Under the pieces are notes generated by a model that worked only from the letters and a program-made list of their open reading frames with translations, was not told the DNA's origin and made no database searches. DNA of 64,000 nt from a virus (Duplodnaviria > Caudoviricetes): the IMG/VR virus record IMGVR_UViG_3300028844_004840, positions 32,001-96,000 of that record; one strand, written 5' to 3'. Every line of letters begins with the position of its first letter. Positions within the stretch are counted from its first letter, which is position 1. A program made the position numbers and the translations under genes. Positions 1-7,585 of the stretch are shown here, in pieces.

Positions 1-1
1 A

Positions 2-91
2 GAAGACGCCGAACGCGTCAACAGCGCAGTGGCGTTGATACATCAATTTCTAGAAGAAGCCAGAGACAATGGCTTGTTGGAGGTATTCTGA
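2..91 (+). CDS. 3' end of a hypothetical protein (partial)
   Basis: Open frame EDAERV...GLLEVF ending at TGA 89-91, overlapping the next ATG (TGATG). Confidence 0.55.
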   Translation, partial: EDAERVNSAVALIHQFLEEARDNGLLEVF

Positions 92-423
92 TGCATTTCT
101 GTGATAATTGGGTTATTATAAAAATCAACGGAGACGATCCACACTATCGCGTTTTGACTGGAACATCTGGGGGGTTCGGGACGGGAGATAGCTGGCGCAT
201 GAACAGTGGAATTACCGCTGTTCGAGAAGATGCTGACTATTTTTACTTCGCTGGATCATCCGGATCCGAGTATGAGTGCCACAAAGATTCTTATTGCCTA
301 CGAATGAACAACGCCCATATCTGGACACAGATGCAGAAAAAGAACAAAGAGAAGGGTGAAGAAATTTACGAAATGATGCCCGAAGACGTCGACTGGACAG
401 CAGTAGACTGGTTAATAACATGA
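91..423 (+). CDS. conserved phage hypothetical protein
   Basis: DNWVIIKI...GDSWRMNSGI motif typical of a widespread phage family; coupled start. Confidence 0.75.
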   Translation: MHFCDNWVIIKINGDDPHYRVLTGTSGGFGTGDSWRMNSGITAVREDADYFYFAGSSGSEYECHKDSYCLRMNNAHIWTQMQKKNKEKGEEIYEMMPEDVDWTAVDWLIT

Positions 424-487
424 AACACGGTTTATAAAAAATCCAGTTATACCGAGATTGGTTAATTACAAGAAGGATCATCCAAAT

Positions 488-789
488 ATGCCGATGTTTA
501 GAAAAACCCGTTGAAATTGAGGCCGTTCAGCTGACGGCAGACACGGTGCGCGAAGCCTACTAATTTATGCACGGTAGACAGGATATATCAGGACTGACCG
601 CTGAATATTGGTATTACTACTGCGTTTCCGTTTGCGATACGGGAATGAATGTCACGACCCTAGAAGATGGCCCAGACGCGCGCCAAGCATGTGGCTTCAA
701 TTGGAGATTGGATCATTAAAGGGATCAAGGGAGAGTTCTACCCTTGTAAGCCTGATATTTTCGAAGCCACGTACGAACCCTGTAAATAA
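488..789 (+). pseudogene. degraded phage protein of the KKPVEIEAVQ...[19 protein letters not shown] family
   Basis: SD AGAAGGA then ATG 488. Family motifs are spread over three frames (shifts near 506 and 684), with an in-frame TAA at 561-563. Confidence 0.8.
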
Positions 790-808
790 AAACGTTTAAC
801 ACTATCAT

Positions 809-887
809 GCCCTCACGATGTAATAGGAATAGCATACCGGACTTAAAATCGGGGTTTTGTGGGTTCGAGTCCCACTGGGGGGTACCA
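809..887 (+). tRNA. tRNA-Leu(TAA), short variable arm
   Basis: Anticodon loop CTTAAAA, T arm GTGGG-TTCGAGT-CCCAC, encoded CCA; imperfect acceptor and anticodon stems. Confidence 0.8.
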
Positions 888-892
888 AACAC

Positions 893-921
893 TTGACATG
901 TACATATTATGCAATTAGTGA
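893..921 (+). promoter_or_regulatory. sigma70-like promoter
   Basis: TTGACA-N17-TAGTGA upstream of the ORF at 951. Confidence 0.5.
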
Positions 922-950
922 TGTATACAGAATTTAAAAGGAGAACCAGC

Positions 951-1172
951 ATGGTAAAACGCGCCGTTCAGTATATTCGGAATAAGTTAACAACTATCGG
1001 GGAACACATCCGCCGAAACAAAGCTGAATTGATTCGTGGATCAGTTCTTGATCCAATTAATCACCCATCGTATTCTACAGACAAAATGCTGCAAGTCTAC
1101 CGCGCGGCTAATCACCGAGACCGTACAATAAAGACTGCAAACGGTAGATACGAAAACGCGGTAAACATTTAG
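951..1172 (+). CDS. hypothetical protein
   Basis: SD AGGAGA before ATG 951 (MVKRAVQ), preferred to the track start at 909. Confidence 0.65.
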   Translation: MVKRAVQYIRNKLTTIGEHIRRNKAELIRGSVLDPINHPSYSTDKMLQVYRAANHRDRTIKTANGRYENAVNI

Positions 1173-1175
1173 TAC

Positions 1176-1270
1176 GGACGGCCATCTGGACAGGCGAACC
1201 AGTCCCGTTTCGAAAGCGGTGAGTACTTGTTAATAGCAAGTATGGGGATCGAGACCTCGGCCTTCCGCCA
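1176..1270 (+). tRNA. tRNA-Ser(CGA), 8/4 fold
   Basis: Acceptor GGACGGCC/GGCCTTCC (8 positions, one mismatch), T stem GGGG/CCTC, T loop ATCGAGA, anticodon loop TTCGAAA, long variable arm, G73, CCA. Confidence 0.9.
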
Positions 1271-1278
1271 AAAATAAC

Positions 1279-1363
1279 GCTTCGGTAGCTTAACGGTAAA
1301 GCTCCTCGCTCATAACGGGTGTTCGAAAGAACTATGTAGGTTCGAATCCTACCCGAAGCACCA
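1279..1363 (+). tRNA. tRNA-CAT (Ile2 or Met) with long variable arm
   Basis: Acceptor GCTTCGG/CCGAAGC, loop CTCATAA, extra hairpin GTTC-GAAA-GAAC, T arm GTAGG-TTCGAAT-CCTAC, A73, CCA. Confidence 0.85.
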
Positions 1364-1364
1364 C

Positions 1365-1459
1365 GGATAATCAACTGGACAGGCGCGCCAGACCCGCTTT
1401 GAAAGCGGTGTGCACGGGTTAACAGCTCGTGCGGGGATCGAGACCTCGATTATCTACCA
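1365..1459 (+). tRNA. tRNA-Ser(TGA), 8/4 fold
   Basis: Acceptor GGATAATC/GATTATCT, T stem GGGG/CCTC, loop TTTGAAA, long variable arm, A73, CCA. Confidence 0.9.
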
Positions 1460-1507
1460 ATTAGCCCTTGCACAATCACGCGTGATGTGCTTAAATGGGC
1501 ACAACAT

Positions 1508-1582
1508 TGCGGAGTAGCCAAGTGGTAAGGCGTCGGGTTTTGATCTCGATATGCGTAGGTTCGAATCCTACCTCCGCAGCCA
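1508..1582 (+). tRNA. tRNA-Gln(TTG)
   Basis: Canonical cloverleaf TGCGGAG/CTCCGCA, loop TTTTGAT, G73, CCA. Confidence 0.95.
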
Positions 1583-1616
1583 GAACACCGATATTTTGGT
1601 AAACTAAGGTCACTGC

Positions 1617-1693
1617 AGGGGTGAAGCTCAATAGGAAGTAGCGTCGGATTCCAAACCCGAAGGCTGTCGGTTCGACTCCGACTACCCTTGCCA
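1617..1693 (+). tRNA. tRNA-Trp(CCA)
   Basis: Acceptor AGGGGTG/TACCCTT, loop TTCCAAA, T arm GTCGG-TTCGACT-CCGAC, CCA. Confidence 0.9.
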
Positions 1694-1711
1694 AATTTAA
1701 GGAGACACGAC

Positions 1712-2035
1712 ATGTCGACCAAGAAAGACAATAAACGCCACGTCGTTCGTCGCGTCCGCCGCGCCTTGAACCTTGCTGAAACACCTATTATGTCTGTGGG
1801 AAATATTCTTATCCGTAGTGGGCATGGAAAAGGCGCAGGACTAAAACAGGTCGACGCTCGTGATAGAATCGACATTTACGATTATAGAAATTTGTTTTAT
1901 TTCGAAGATCTCACTTGTGATGAATGCGATTGCTACAACTGCATGCACGTAGTGGATGCTACAGCGGGCAATGGGTGGTCTTTTGAATCAGAAAATGACA
2001 ACAACCCTAAATTAGGTGAATTAATCGCCGTGTAA
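1712..2035 (+). CDS. hypothetical protein with Cys cluster (CxxCxCxxCxH)
   Basis: SD AAGGAG before ATG 1712; motif CDECDCYNCMH. Confidence 0.6.
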   Translation: MSTKKDNKRHVVRRVRRALNLAETPIMSVGNILIRSGHGKGAGLKQVDARDRIDIYDYRNLFYFEDLTCDECDCYNCMHVVDATAGNGWSFESENDNNPKLGELIAV

Positions 2036-2055
2036 CAGATTAACGCGCATCAAGT

Positions 2056-2151
2056 GGATGGTGAAGCAGACAGGCGTGCTGCACCTGCTTGGAAAGCAGT
2101 GTGTGCCTCGACAAACCGAGGTACGGGGATCAAGACCTCCGCCATCCGCCA
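2056..2151 (+). tRNA. tRNA-Ser(GGA), 8/4 fold
   Basis: Acceptor GGATGGTG/CGCCATCC, T stem GGGG/CCTC, T loop ATCAAGA, loop TTGGAAA, long variable arm, G73, CCA. Confidence 0.9.
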
Positions 2152-2261
2152 CGTATATCGAATAACAGTAAGCATCAAATTTAAACTTAGATGAATCTAT
2201 TTTACATGTTTACATTACAGCCTCATCTCGTTATGAGTACTTTGTAACCCAAAAAAGGAGT

Positions 2262-2645
2262 GTGAATATGGCACCAATTTTATACATCTTAATGCGTACA
2301 GACCTTGCCTCCATGAATTCGGGCAAAGGGATGGCACAAGCCTGCCACGCCGCAAATCAGTTTGCGCACAAATACGCTGGGACGGATTTCCTAGAACAGT
2401 GGGAAGCCGAAACAGGAATGGGATTTGGAACTACAATTGTATTAGCCGTTGAAGATTGGTACGCACTAGCTTATTATACTTCTTATGCGGAAGATGTGGG
2501 TATACCAAGCGGGGTCACTCACGATCCGTCTTACCCGATTCGAGATGGAAAGGTAACGCACACAGTATCTTTAAGTACGTGTGGGTATATTTTCAGCGAA
2601 GACGGTCCTCTGGATATTCTGAGCAAACTAAATCTACACCCGTAA
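2262..2645 (+). CDS. peptidyl-tRNA hydrolase, PTH2 family
   Basis: Signature YILMRTDL..MNSGKGMAQACHA and IVLAV. Confidence 0.85.
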   Translation: MNMAPILYILMRTDLASMNSGKGMAQACHAANQFAHKYAGTDFLEQWEAETGMGFGTTIVLAVEDWYALAYYTSYAEDVGIPSGVTHDPSYPIRDGKVTHTVSLSTCGYIFSEDGPLDILSKLNLHP

Positions 2646-2681
2646 TCACACCAAAAATGGTTAAAAATAAGGAAATACACC

Positions 2682-3194
2682 ATGTTTAGCGATGAAAAAT
2701 TGCAAGAGGTGATAACGTACTTAGCTCTGTGCGATGAAAAAACCAACGTATTTATTGGGTGTGACAGTAAACGCAGCCACGACAAGCAGGGTAACTGGAC
2801 GGCAGCTTACACAAGCGTGGTCGTTATTCACCTGAAAAACGATAGCGGACGGGGATGTGGTGGCGTCGTCTTTTCTGATACCACGCATATGCCTGATTAT
2901 GATCAGAAATTCAACAGACCGTTCATGCGTATGATGAATGAAGCATATAAAGCGACCGAATTGTACCAACAGCTTGAGGATGTGCTGATAAACTTTGACG
3001 TAGAATTACATCTGGACATAAACAAAGACGCGCGACACGGATCTAACGTCGCCCATAACGCTGCTGTTGGGTACGCCACAGGAATAACGGGGCGTCCAGT
3101 GAAGACAAAACCCGACGCGTGGGCTGCAACTCATGTTGCCGACCACGGTGTACACGGTGGCTTCGATGCCAAAGTTACGCGCACGGTGCATTGA
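2682..3194 (+). CDS. RNase H-like protein (YkuK/DUF458 family)
   Basis: Motifs FIGCDS, RMMNEAYKA, ELHLDIN and KPDAWAATHVADH. Confidence 0.8.
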   Translation: MFSDEKLQEVITYLALCDEKTNVFIGCDSKRSHDKQGNWTAAYTSVVVIHLKNDSGRGCGGVVFSDTTHMPDYDQKFNRPFMRMMNEAYKATELYQQLEDVLINFDVELHLDINKDARHGSNVAHNAAVGYATGITGRPVKTKPDAWAATHVADHGVHGGFDAKVTRTVH

Positions 3195-3200
3195 ACCACT

Positions 3201-3228
3201 GGTGGTTACATTTTAGAATGTAACCATC
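3201..3228. repeat. inverted repeat / hairpin before tRNA-Ser(GCT)
   Basis: GGTGGTTACATT-TTAG-AATGTAACCATC. Confidence 0.6.
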
Positions 3229-3239
3229 TACACTTACAC

Positions 3240-3334
3240 GGATGGTGAACCGGACAGGTGCGCCGGAACCGATTGCTAATCGAGTTGTGCCCGTTAATAG
3301 CGGGCATGGGGATCAAGACCTCCGCCATCCGCCA
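3240..3334 (+). tRNA. tRNA-Ser(GCT), 8/4 fold
   Basis: Acceptor GGATGGTG/CGCCATCC, T stem GGGG/CCTC, loop TTGCTAA, long variable arm, G73, CCA. Confidence 0.9.
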
Positions 3335-3370
3335 TGTAGTCTATTTCTTATCGCTGTACACGTGGATGGA

Positions 3371-3385
3371 ATGCACAGACCGCAT
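3371..3385. promoter_or_regulatory. putative LysR-type operator ATGC-N7-GCAT
   Basis: Palindromic T-N11-A box just upstream of TTGTAC..TAAAAT and the DUF1127 genes. Confidence 0.55.
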
Positions 3386-3471
3386 GGCGGGTATTCCTGC
3401 ATAAGGCATTGTACAGACGTAGTGATCGTGTAAAATATCTCCTGTAGAAACAGCACATGGAGATATTTAAT

Positions 3472-3609
3472 ATGTTTAAACGATTCACAAAATCTTTAGT
3501 AGTGGCGCGCACTGTGTCAGCACTATCGTATCTTTCCGACAAACAATTGGATGATATTGGAATAACTCGCGCCGATATCCGTAAACACGCGGAGAAAATC
3601 AATGCTTAA
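3472..3609 (+). CDS. DUF1127 small protein 1 (45 aa)
   Basis: MFKRFTKSLVVARTVSALSYLSDKQLDDIGITRADIRKHAEKINA; DUF1127 core LSD..L.DIG.TR; SD GGAGA. Not in the ORF track. Confidence 0.85.
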   Translation: MFKRFTKSLVVARTVSALSYLSDKQLDDIGITRADIRKHAEKINA

Positions 3610-3733
3610 AGCTTTCGCACGCTGGCGCACAGAAACAACAGTACAACGAGAGCTTTCTGCACTGACAGATCGTGAGTTGGCCGATATAGGTATTTCTCGT
3701 GGAGAAATAATCTATATTTCAAAAATGAAATAG
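3602..3733 (+). CDS. DUF1127 small protein 2 (43 aa)
   Basis: MLKAFARWRTETTVQRELSALTDRELADIGISRGEIIYISKMK; textbook DUF1127 motif; SD GGAGA. Not in the ORF track. Confidence 0.9.
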   Translation: MLKAFARWRTETTVQRELSALTDRELADIGISRGEIIYISKMK

Positions 3734-3735
3734 AC

Positions 3736-3806
3736 ACCCTCACCGCTGGGACGGGCATGGTTTTCTAGGCCGGAGATGGTGAGTTCGATTCTCACTGGGG
3801 GTTCCA
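3736..3806 (+). tRNA. atypical tRNA, probably Arg(TCT), reduced D arm
   Basis: Acceptor ACCCTCA/TGGGGGT, T arm GTGAG-TTCGATT-CTCAC, loop TTTCTAG, mini D arm CCG-CTGGGA-CGG, U73, CCA. Confidence 0.6.
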
Positions 3807-3811
3807 AAAAC

Positions 3812-3886
3812 GCCGATATAGCTGATCTGGCTTAGCAACTGCCTTGTAAGCAGTAGAAGGGGGTTCGAGACCCTCTATCGGCACCA
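3812..3886 (+). tRNA. tRNA-Thr(TGT)
   Basis: Canonical cloverleaf GCCGATA/TATCGGC, loop CTTGTAA, CCA. Confidence 0.95.
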
Positions 3887-3961
3887 AAAACTTGTGTTAT
3901 GCTGCGGGATGTGGTACTGTTTTTAGAACAGTATTTTTGGCCTTTATAATGGAGAAAAGCC

Positions 3962-4261
3962 ATGACCATGCACGTAGTAAGTGACTTGACTATCGGGAAC
4001 TCATCCGTAGTATCTATAAAAGAATCTGGTAAGTATTTTATTGCCGTTACTGGGGAATTTCATGGAGCCACCGCGAGTGTGTTCGTCAATATCGGAGAAA
4101 CCGCCGATTGTATTGTAACGGATTCTTCTTTCACAGAAGACGGTACTAAGGTTATGTGGCTACCCACGTGCACACTATACGTCGGTGTCGCTGGCGAAGG
4201 GGCGGCAACTTCCGTAAATGCATCTATTGCGTTGTTGGAAGAAAACTATGACCGCGTTTAG
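3962..4261 (+). CDS. hypothetical beta-rich protein, possibly virion-associated
   Basis: SD GGAGA; overlaps the start of the following large gene. Confidence 0.65.
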   Translation: MTMHVVSDLTIGNSSVVSIKESGKYFIAVTGEFHGATASVFVNIGETADCIVTDSSFTEDGTKVMWLPTCTLYVGVAGEGAATSVNASIALLEENYDRV

Positions 4262-7200
4262 TAATCCGGTATATCCGGTTGTAAGTTACCCAATATTGGC
4301 GGCTGTATTTGGTTCTGTGACAGGTGGTACACCCATAACAAACCTACCTGATTCTGTTTTAGCCCCCTTTACTACTGCTGTATGGGGGCAGTCAGAACAT
4401 CAGCACATCCTTAATGAGTTTGATGATCGCTTAGACCCAGAATCACTCGTGGATCAAGATCGTGTAACATTTTGGTGGCACGACCGCACGAACAATGACG
4501 CTGCGGGAGTACAGTCCGTTACCCTGAATGACGCAACTGTTGCTACAAGCACAGTTACAGCAGCTATGGTCGCAATGGGAAACACCTTTATGCGTCAAAT
4601 ACCTGATCGCGACATTAAAATTGTGATGCATACACAATCAGGCACATCACCAAGTGAAATAATGGACAACAGTGCTATTCCAGAGACACCTGATGGAGAA
4701 GAGGATAACGCCCCGCGCCGTTGGCAAGACGACTGGGCGCTAAATGCAGCGGCAACGGCTGACGGACATCTAATCGACCACCCGTGGCATTCGTGGTTTG
4801 CCGCACCAGGATCTTACGCCGACGACTACGGTCAAAACATGTTTACATTTATAAAAGGCCGCGACCACGAGACAGGCGCGGAACTTGTTTATTCGGACAC
4901 CGACCCCCTCGATGTGAACGGCATTCAAGTGTCGCGAACACTGCGCGATGTATATACACACGAACCTGCTTGGGTGGTTCCGTCCAGCAGCCATGTATTT
5001 ATCCCAACGGACGACCTGAATAACGCAACCACGTTATCTGCGGGCGGTATAGATTTCTCGCTGCTCAACAAACAACGATCAACAGAAAGCTGGCGCACGG
5101 TTATTCGAAACGAAGCGCTGTCTGCGCATTTCTCGAATGAGGTACCACATCTTAACGGATACGCCAACGGTGAAGACCAAGGAGGCGAGTGGCGCGACCA
5201 AGCACACCCTACGGGGATAATCGATGCAGGAATTAACCGCATGGCACGCCAGATCGCGCATACGATTATGCGTGGGGCGGATGTTACCTCATGGGATGTT
5301 CCATCAATCACAGACGCAGAATGGCAAGATGACGGTTCCTATATGGAAATGTGGTCTAGTGCTGGTCCCGTAACAAGCGCACGAGCTGCTAAGGCTGGGG
5401 AGTTTCTAGCCTCACTAGGTGTGGCCCAAGTTGAAGCGATGAACGACGCCGTTAAAGACGGTCGTGTCCACACGGGGCACCGCGTAGCCAACTTTGAAAG
5501 CGCGGCTGACTGGTCCGCTCGAACAGGTATTTCACTACCCAATATTGAAGCAGATGTACATATTGAAGGTGTGGACTTCACAGGGCTGAATATTCGTATT
5601 GAGGGGGATAATACCGTCACATTTACTGATTGTCTTTTCAATCACAGTGATGGCCCTAATCTTCTCGACGTATTCAAAAACGCTACTGCTATCGCTGAGT
5701 ATTGCACATTCTCGTGTGATGGGGACGGAACAGGCCCCGGTACTCTGGCGCGACGTAGATATGAAGCAGACGGCACGGGCCATTTCGCAACGATACTTTG
5801 CCGTGCAGAAGGGTATCCGAGCGATTCCATTAAGCCGACTGATAGCGATATTGCGCTGTTTAACTACTGCGACACGCCTCTAAACAGCACGGTCAACCCT
5901 ATCGTTTACGTGTCTGGAACGTATGACGTTGGTGTTAAAGTAACTGCAGATAATATTCGCAATCCTTTCGTTTGGGTAAACACCGTTACGGGAAACACAG
6001 ATGCACCAGACTTTAGCGCATCTACAGGAACCACCATCAATGGTTGGGAGGCAACCAACATCCATGCGGATAACATGACGCTCGTAAATGGCGCTAATGC
6101 TATCATCTTCGGTAACGTCTTAAACATGGACCCTAACCGCCGACAGTTTCCGCGCGACAATCCAAACACGAGCAATTTCGTCATCGGGCCTAACGCGAAC
6201 CTATGGAGCGAAGGGGTAAACGCGCCGAACGCCATAATTGCAGGAAACCTATGCCTGCGTGATCCGGACGAAATTGGTGGTCAGCCAATGGCAGGCTTTA
6301 ACGGAGCGTCGTACCTATTGAACCGCATTGAAAGCTTCTCACATGAAGGTGTCAGATATGTTCGTGACATGACTGCGGACCAATCCGCCACATTTGAGGG
6401 CAATATAGACCCAACCACTGGGCAGCCTATCGTACTGCCTACAGGCGGTGTGGACGGTGTTGTGGATCGTACTTTGCTGGAGCCTGTATTGGTTCACGGA
6501 CGTACAGCTACCTCTCGCGCGCAACGCAACAGCGCAGCCGTGGTGCTTGATCATTGGACTGATGTTATGGGCGTTGAGATTGATGGTCAGCCAGCACACC
6601 GTGCGGAGATTCAGTCGAATGGTCGTGTGCGTGTCTATCCTAATTCGGGCGCGTTCACTAACACCTCGCTAATCTCATTTGCAGGTGGGGGTTCATCAGG
6701 CTTTGTGGATCACAACGCGGACGCCTTCGCGGGTTTGTGGGATGATTTCCCAATTGTGGACGTAGGTTTGGGGGATCTTGCAGGTGTTCCGTTGAGTGTT
6801 CTTCCTGACCCTGCAATTTTGGAAAGCACCATTGTGGGCGCAGCGTCGTTCAGCACGACAATTGATGGCCCTCTTTTCTACGATACAGCCAGAATTCCAG
6901 CTAACACGTTCGAGCTTACCGCGCTGTTCAGAGGCTCTGTGTCCACTGAACAAGGAGGCACAGCCCGTCTTTTAAACATTAGCGGATCGCAAATGAGTCT
7001 TGAAGCGCTGTCTAATGGTAATCTGAGATTATCGCTTCGTGATGGGGCTAACGTCAAGGTTGTAGATCTTGTGACGGCAGATCAGGGGTATACTAAAGGT
7101 GTCGTATTTGAAGTCATCATCAGTGTTGATATGGCCAACGGATACGCACGTATGTGGCTCGACGGCACACAAGTGCTTGACGCGACATTTGCAGCAACAG

Positions 7201-7409
7201 TAGCCCTTTCAGCCAGCCGAAATGTTAGCTTGCTAGCGTCAACTAACAGTGGGACGAATCAGACCGTGGGCACGGTGGAACGTTTGGCGGTGTGGTTTGA
7301 AGCAGCACCTGACGGAACGCTTCCATTGGGAATACCGCACAAAGATATTTCCGGCGGACCATCCACTGTCAATGCAGATACGTGGAAACTAGGGGCGGAC
7401 GCAACCTAA
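4248..7409 (+). CDS. large multidomain protein: SGNH/SASA-like esterase, beta-helix-like region, C-terminal LamG-like domain
   Basis: WGQSE and DQAHP motifs, a central Asn/Gly beta-helix-like stretch, C-terminal concanavalin-like pattern (ARMWLDG..V). Start at ATG 4248 preferred. Confidence 0.6.
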   Translation: MTAFSNPVYPVVSYPILAAVFGSVTGGTPITNLPDSVLAPFTTAVWGQSEHQHILNEFDDRLDPESLVDQDRVTFWWHDRTNNDAAGVQSVTLNDATVATSTVTAAMVAMGNTFMRQIPDRDIKIVMHTQSGTSPSEIMDNSAIPETPDGEEDNAPRRWQDDWALNAAATADGHLIDHPWHSWFAAPGSYADDYGQNMFTFIKGRDHETGAELVYSDTDPLDVNGIQVSRTLRDVYTHEPAWVVPSSSHVFIPTDDLNNATTLSAGGIDFSLLNKQRSTESWRTVIRNEALSAHFSNEVPHLNGYANGEDQGGEWRDQAHPTGIIDAGINRMARQIAHTIMRGADVTSWDVPSITDAEWQDDGSYMEMWSSAGPVTSARAAKAGEFLASLGVAQVEAMNDAVKDGRVHTGHRVANFESAADWSARTGISLPNIEADVHIEGVDFTGLNIRIEGDNTVTFTDCLFNHSDGPNLLDVFKNATAIAEYCTFSCDGDGTGPGTLARRRYEADGTGHFATILCRAEGYPSDSIKPTDSDIALFNYCDTPLNSTVNPIVYVSGTYDVGVKVTADNIRNPFVWVNTVTGNTDAPDFSASTGTTINGWEATNIHADNMTLVNGANAIIFGNVLNMDPNRRQFPRDNPNTSNFVIGPNANLWSEGVNAPNAIIAGNLCLRDPDEIGGQPMAGFNGASYLLNRIESFSHEGVRYVRDMTADQSATFEGNIDPTTGQPIVLPTGGVDGVVDRTLLEPVLVHGRTATSRAQRNSAAVVLDHWTDVMGVEIDGQPAHRAEIQSNGRVRVYPNSGAFTNTSLISFAGGGSSGFVDHNADAFAGLWDDFPIVDVGLGDLAGVPLSVLPDPAILESTIVGAASFSTTIDGPLFYDTARIPANTFELTALFRGSVSTEQGGTARLLNISGSQMSLEALSNGNLRLSLRDGANVKVVDLVTADQGYTKGVVFEVIISVDMANGYARMWLDGTQVLDATFAATVALSASRNVSLLASTNSGTNQTVGTVERLAVWFEAAPDGTLPLGIPHKDISGGPSTVNADTWKLGADAT

Positions 7410-7420
7410 CACGCAAAACA

Positions 7421-7452
7421 AAAGAGTAAGCCCCGCTAAGTGGGCTTACTCT
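7421..7452. terminator. hairpin terminator-like element
   Basis: GAGTAAGCCC/GGGCTTACTC stem preceded by an A tract. Confidence 0.55.
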
Positions 7453-7585
7453 CCCCGCCAGCAATGGTTAATTTACCCAATTAATTCCTCAAACCAACCC
7501 TCCCCTCAAATACCCTGTCAGAAACAGAAACCAAATCAACCCACATATGTTGACTTGTGCTTAGCAATTCTGTTAAGGTGAAAAC

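Noticed and set aside
1148-1172. RYENAV at the end of ORF 951-1172 resembling the ERQYENAV tag
   Set aside because: No other similarity and a different context; likely chance.
1176-1459. Selenocysteine tRNA interpretation of the long-acceptor tRNAs
   Set aside because: Anticodons are CGA and TGA (Ser), not TCA; the fold is 8/4, not 8/5; no sel genes are present.
3755-3775. Amber suppressor (CTA) reading of the atypical tRNA
   Set aside because: The CTA register gives no anticodon stem while TCT gives four pairs; genes ending in TAG look normal, so there is no sign of recoding.
7410-7585. Missing terminase next to the portal
   Set aside because: Probably encoded outside the window; separation of terminase from portal occurs in related large phages.
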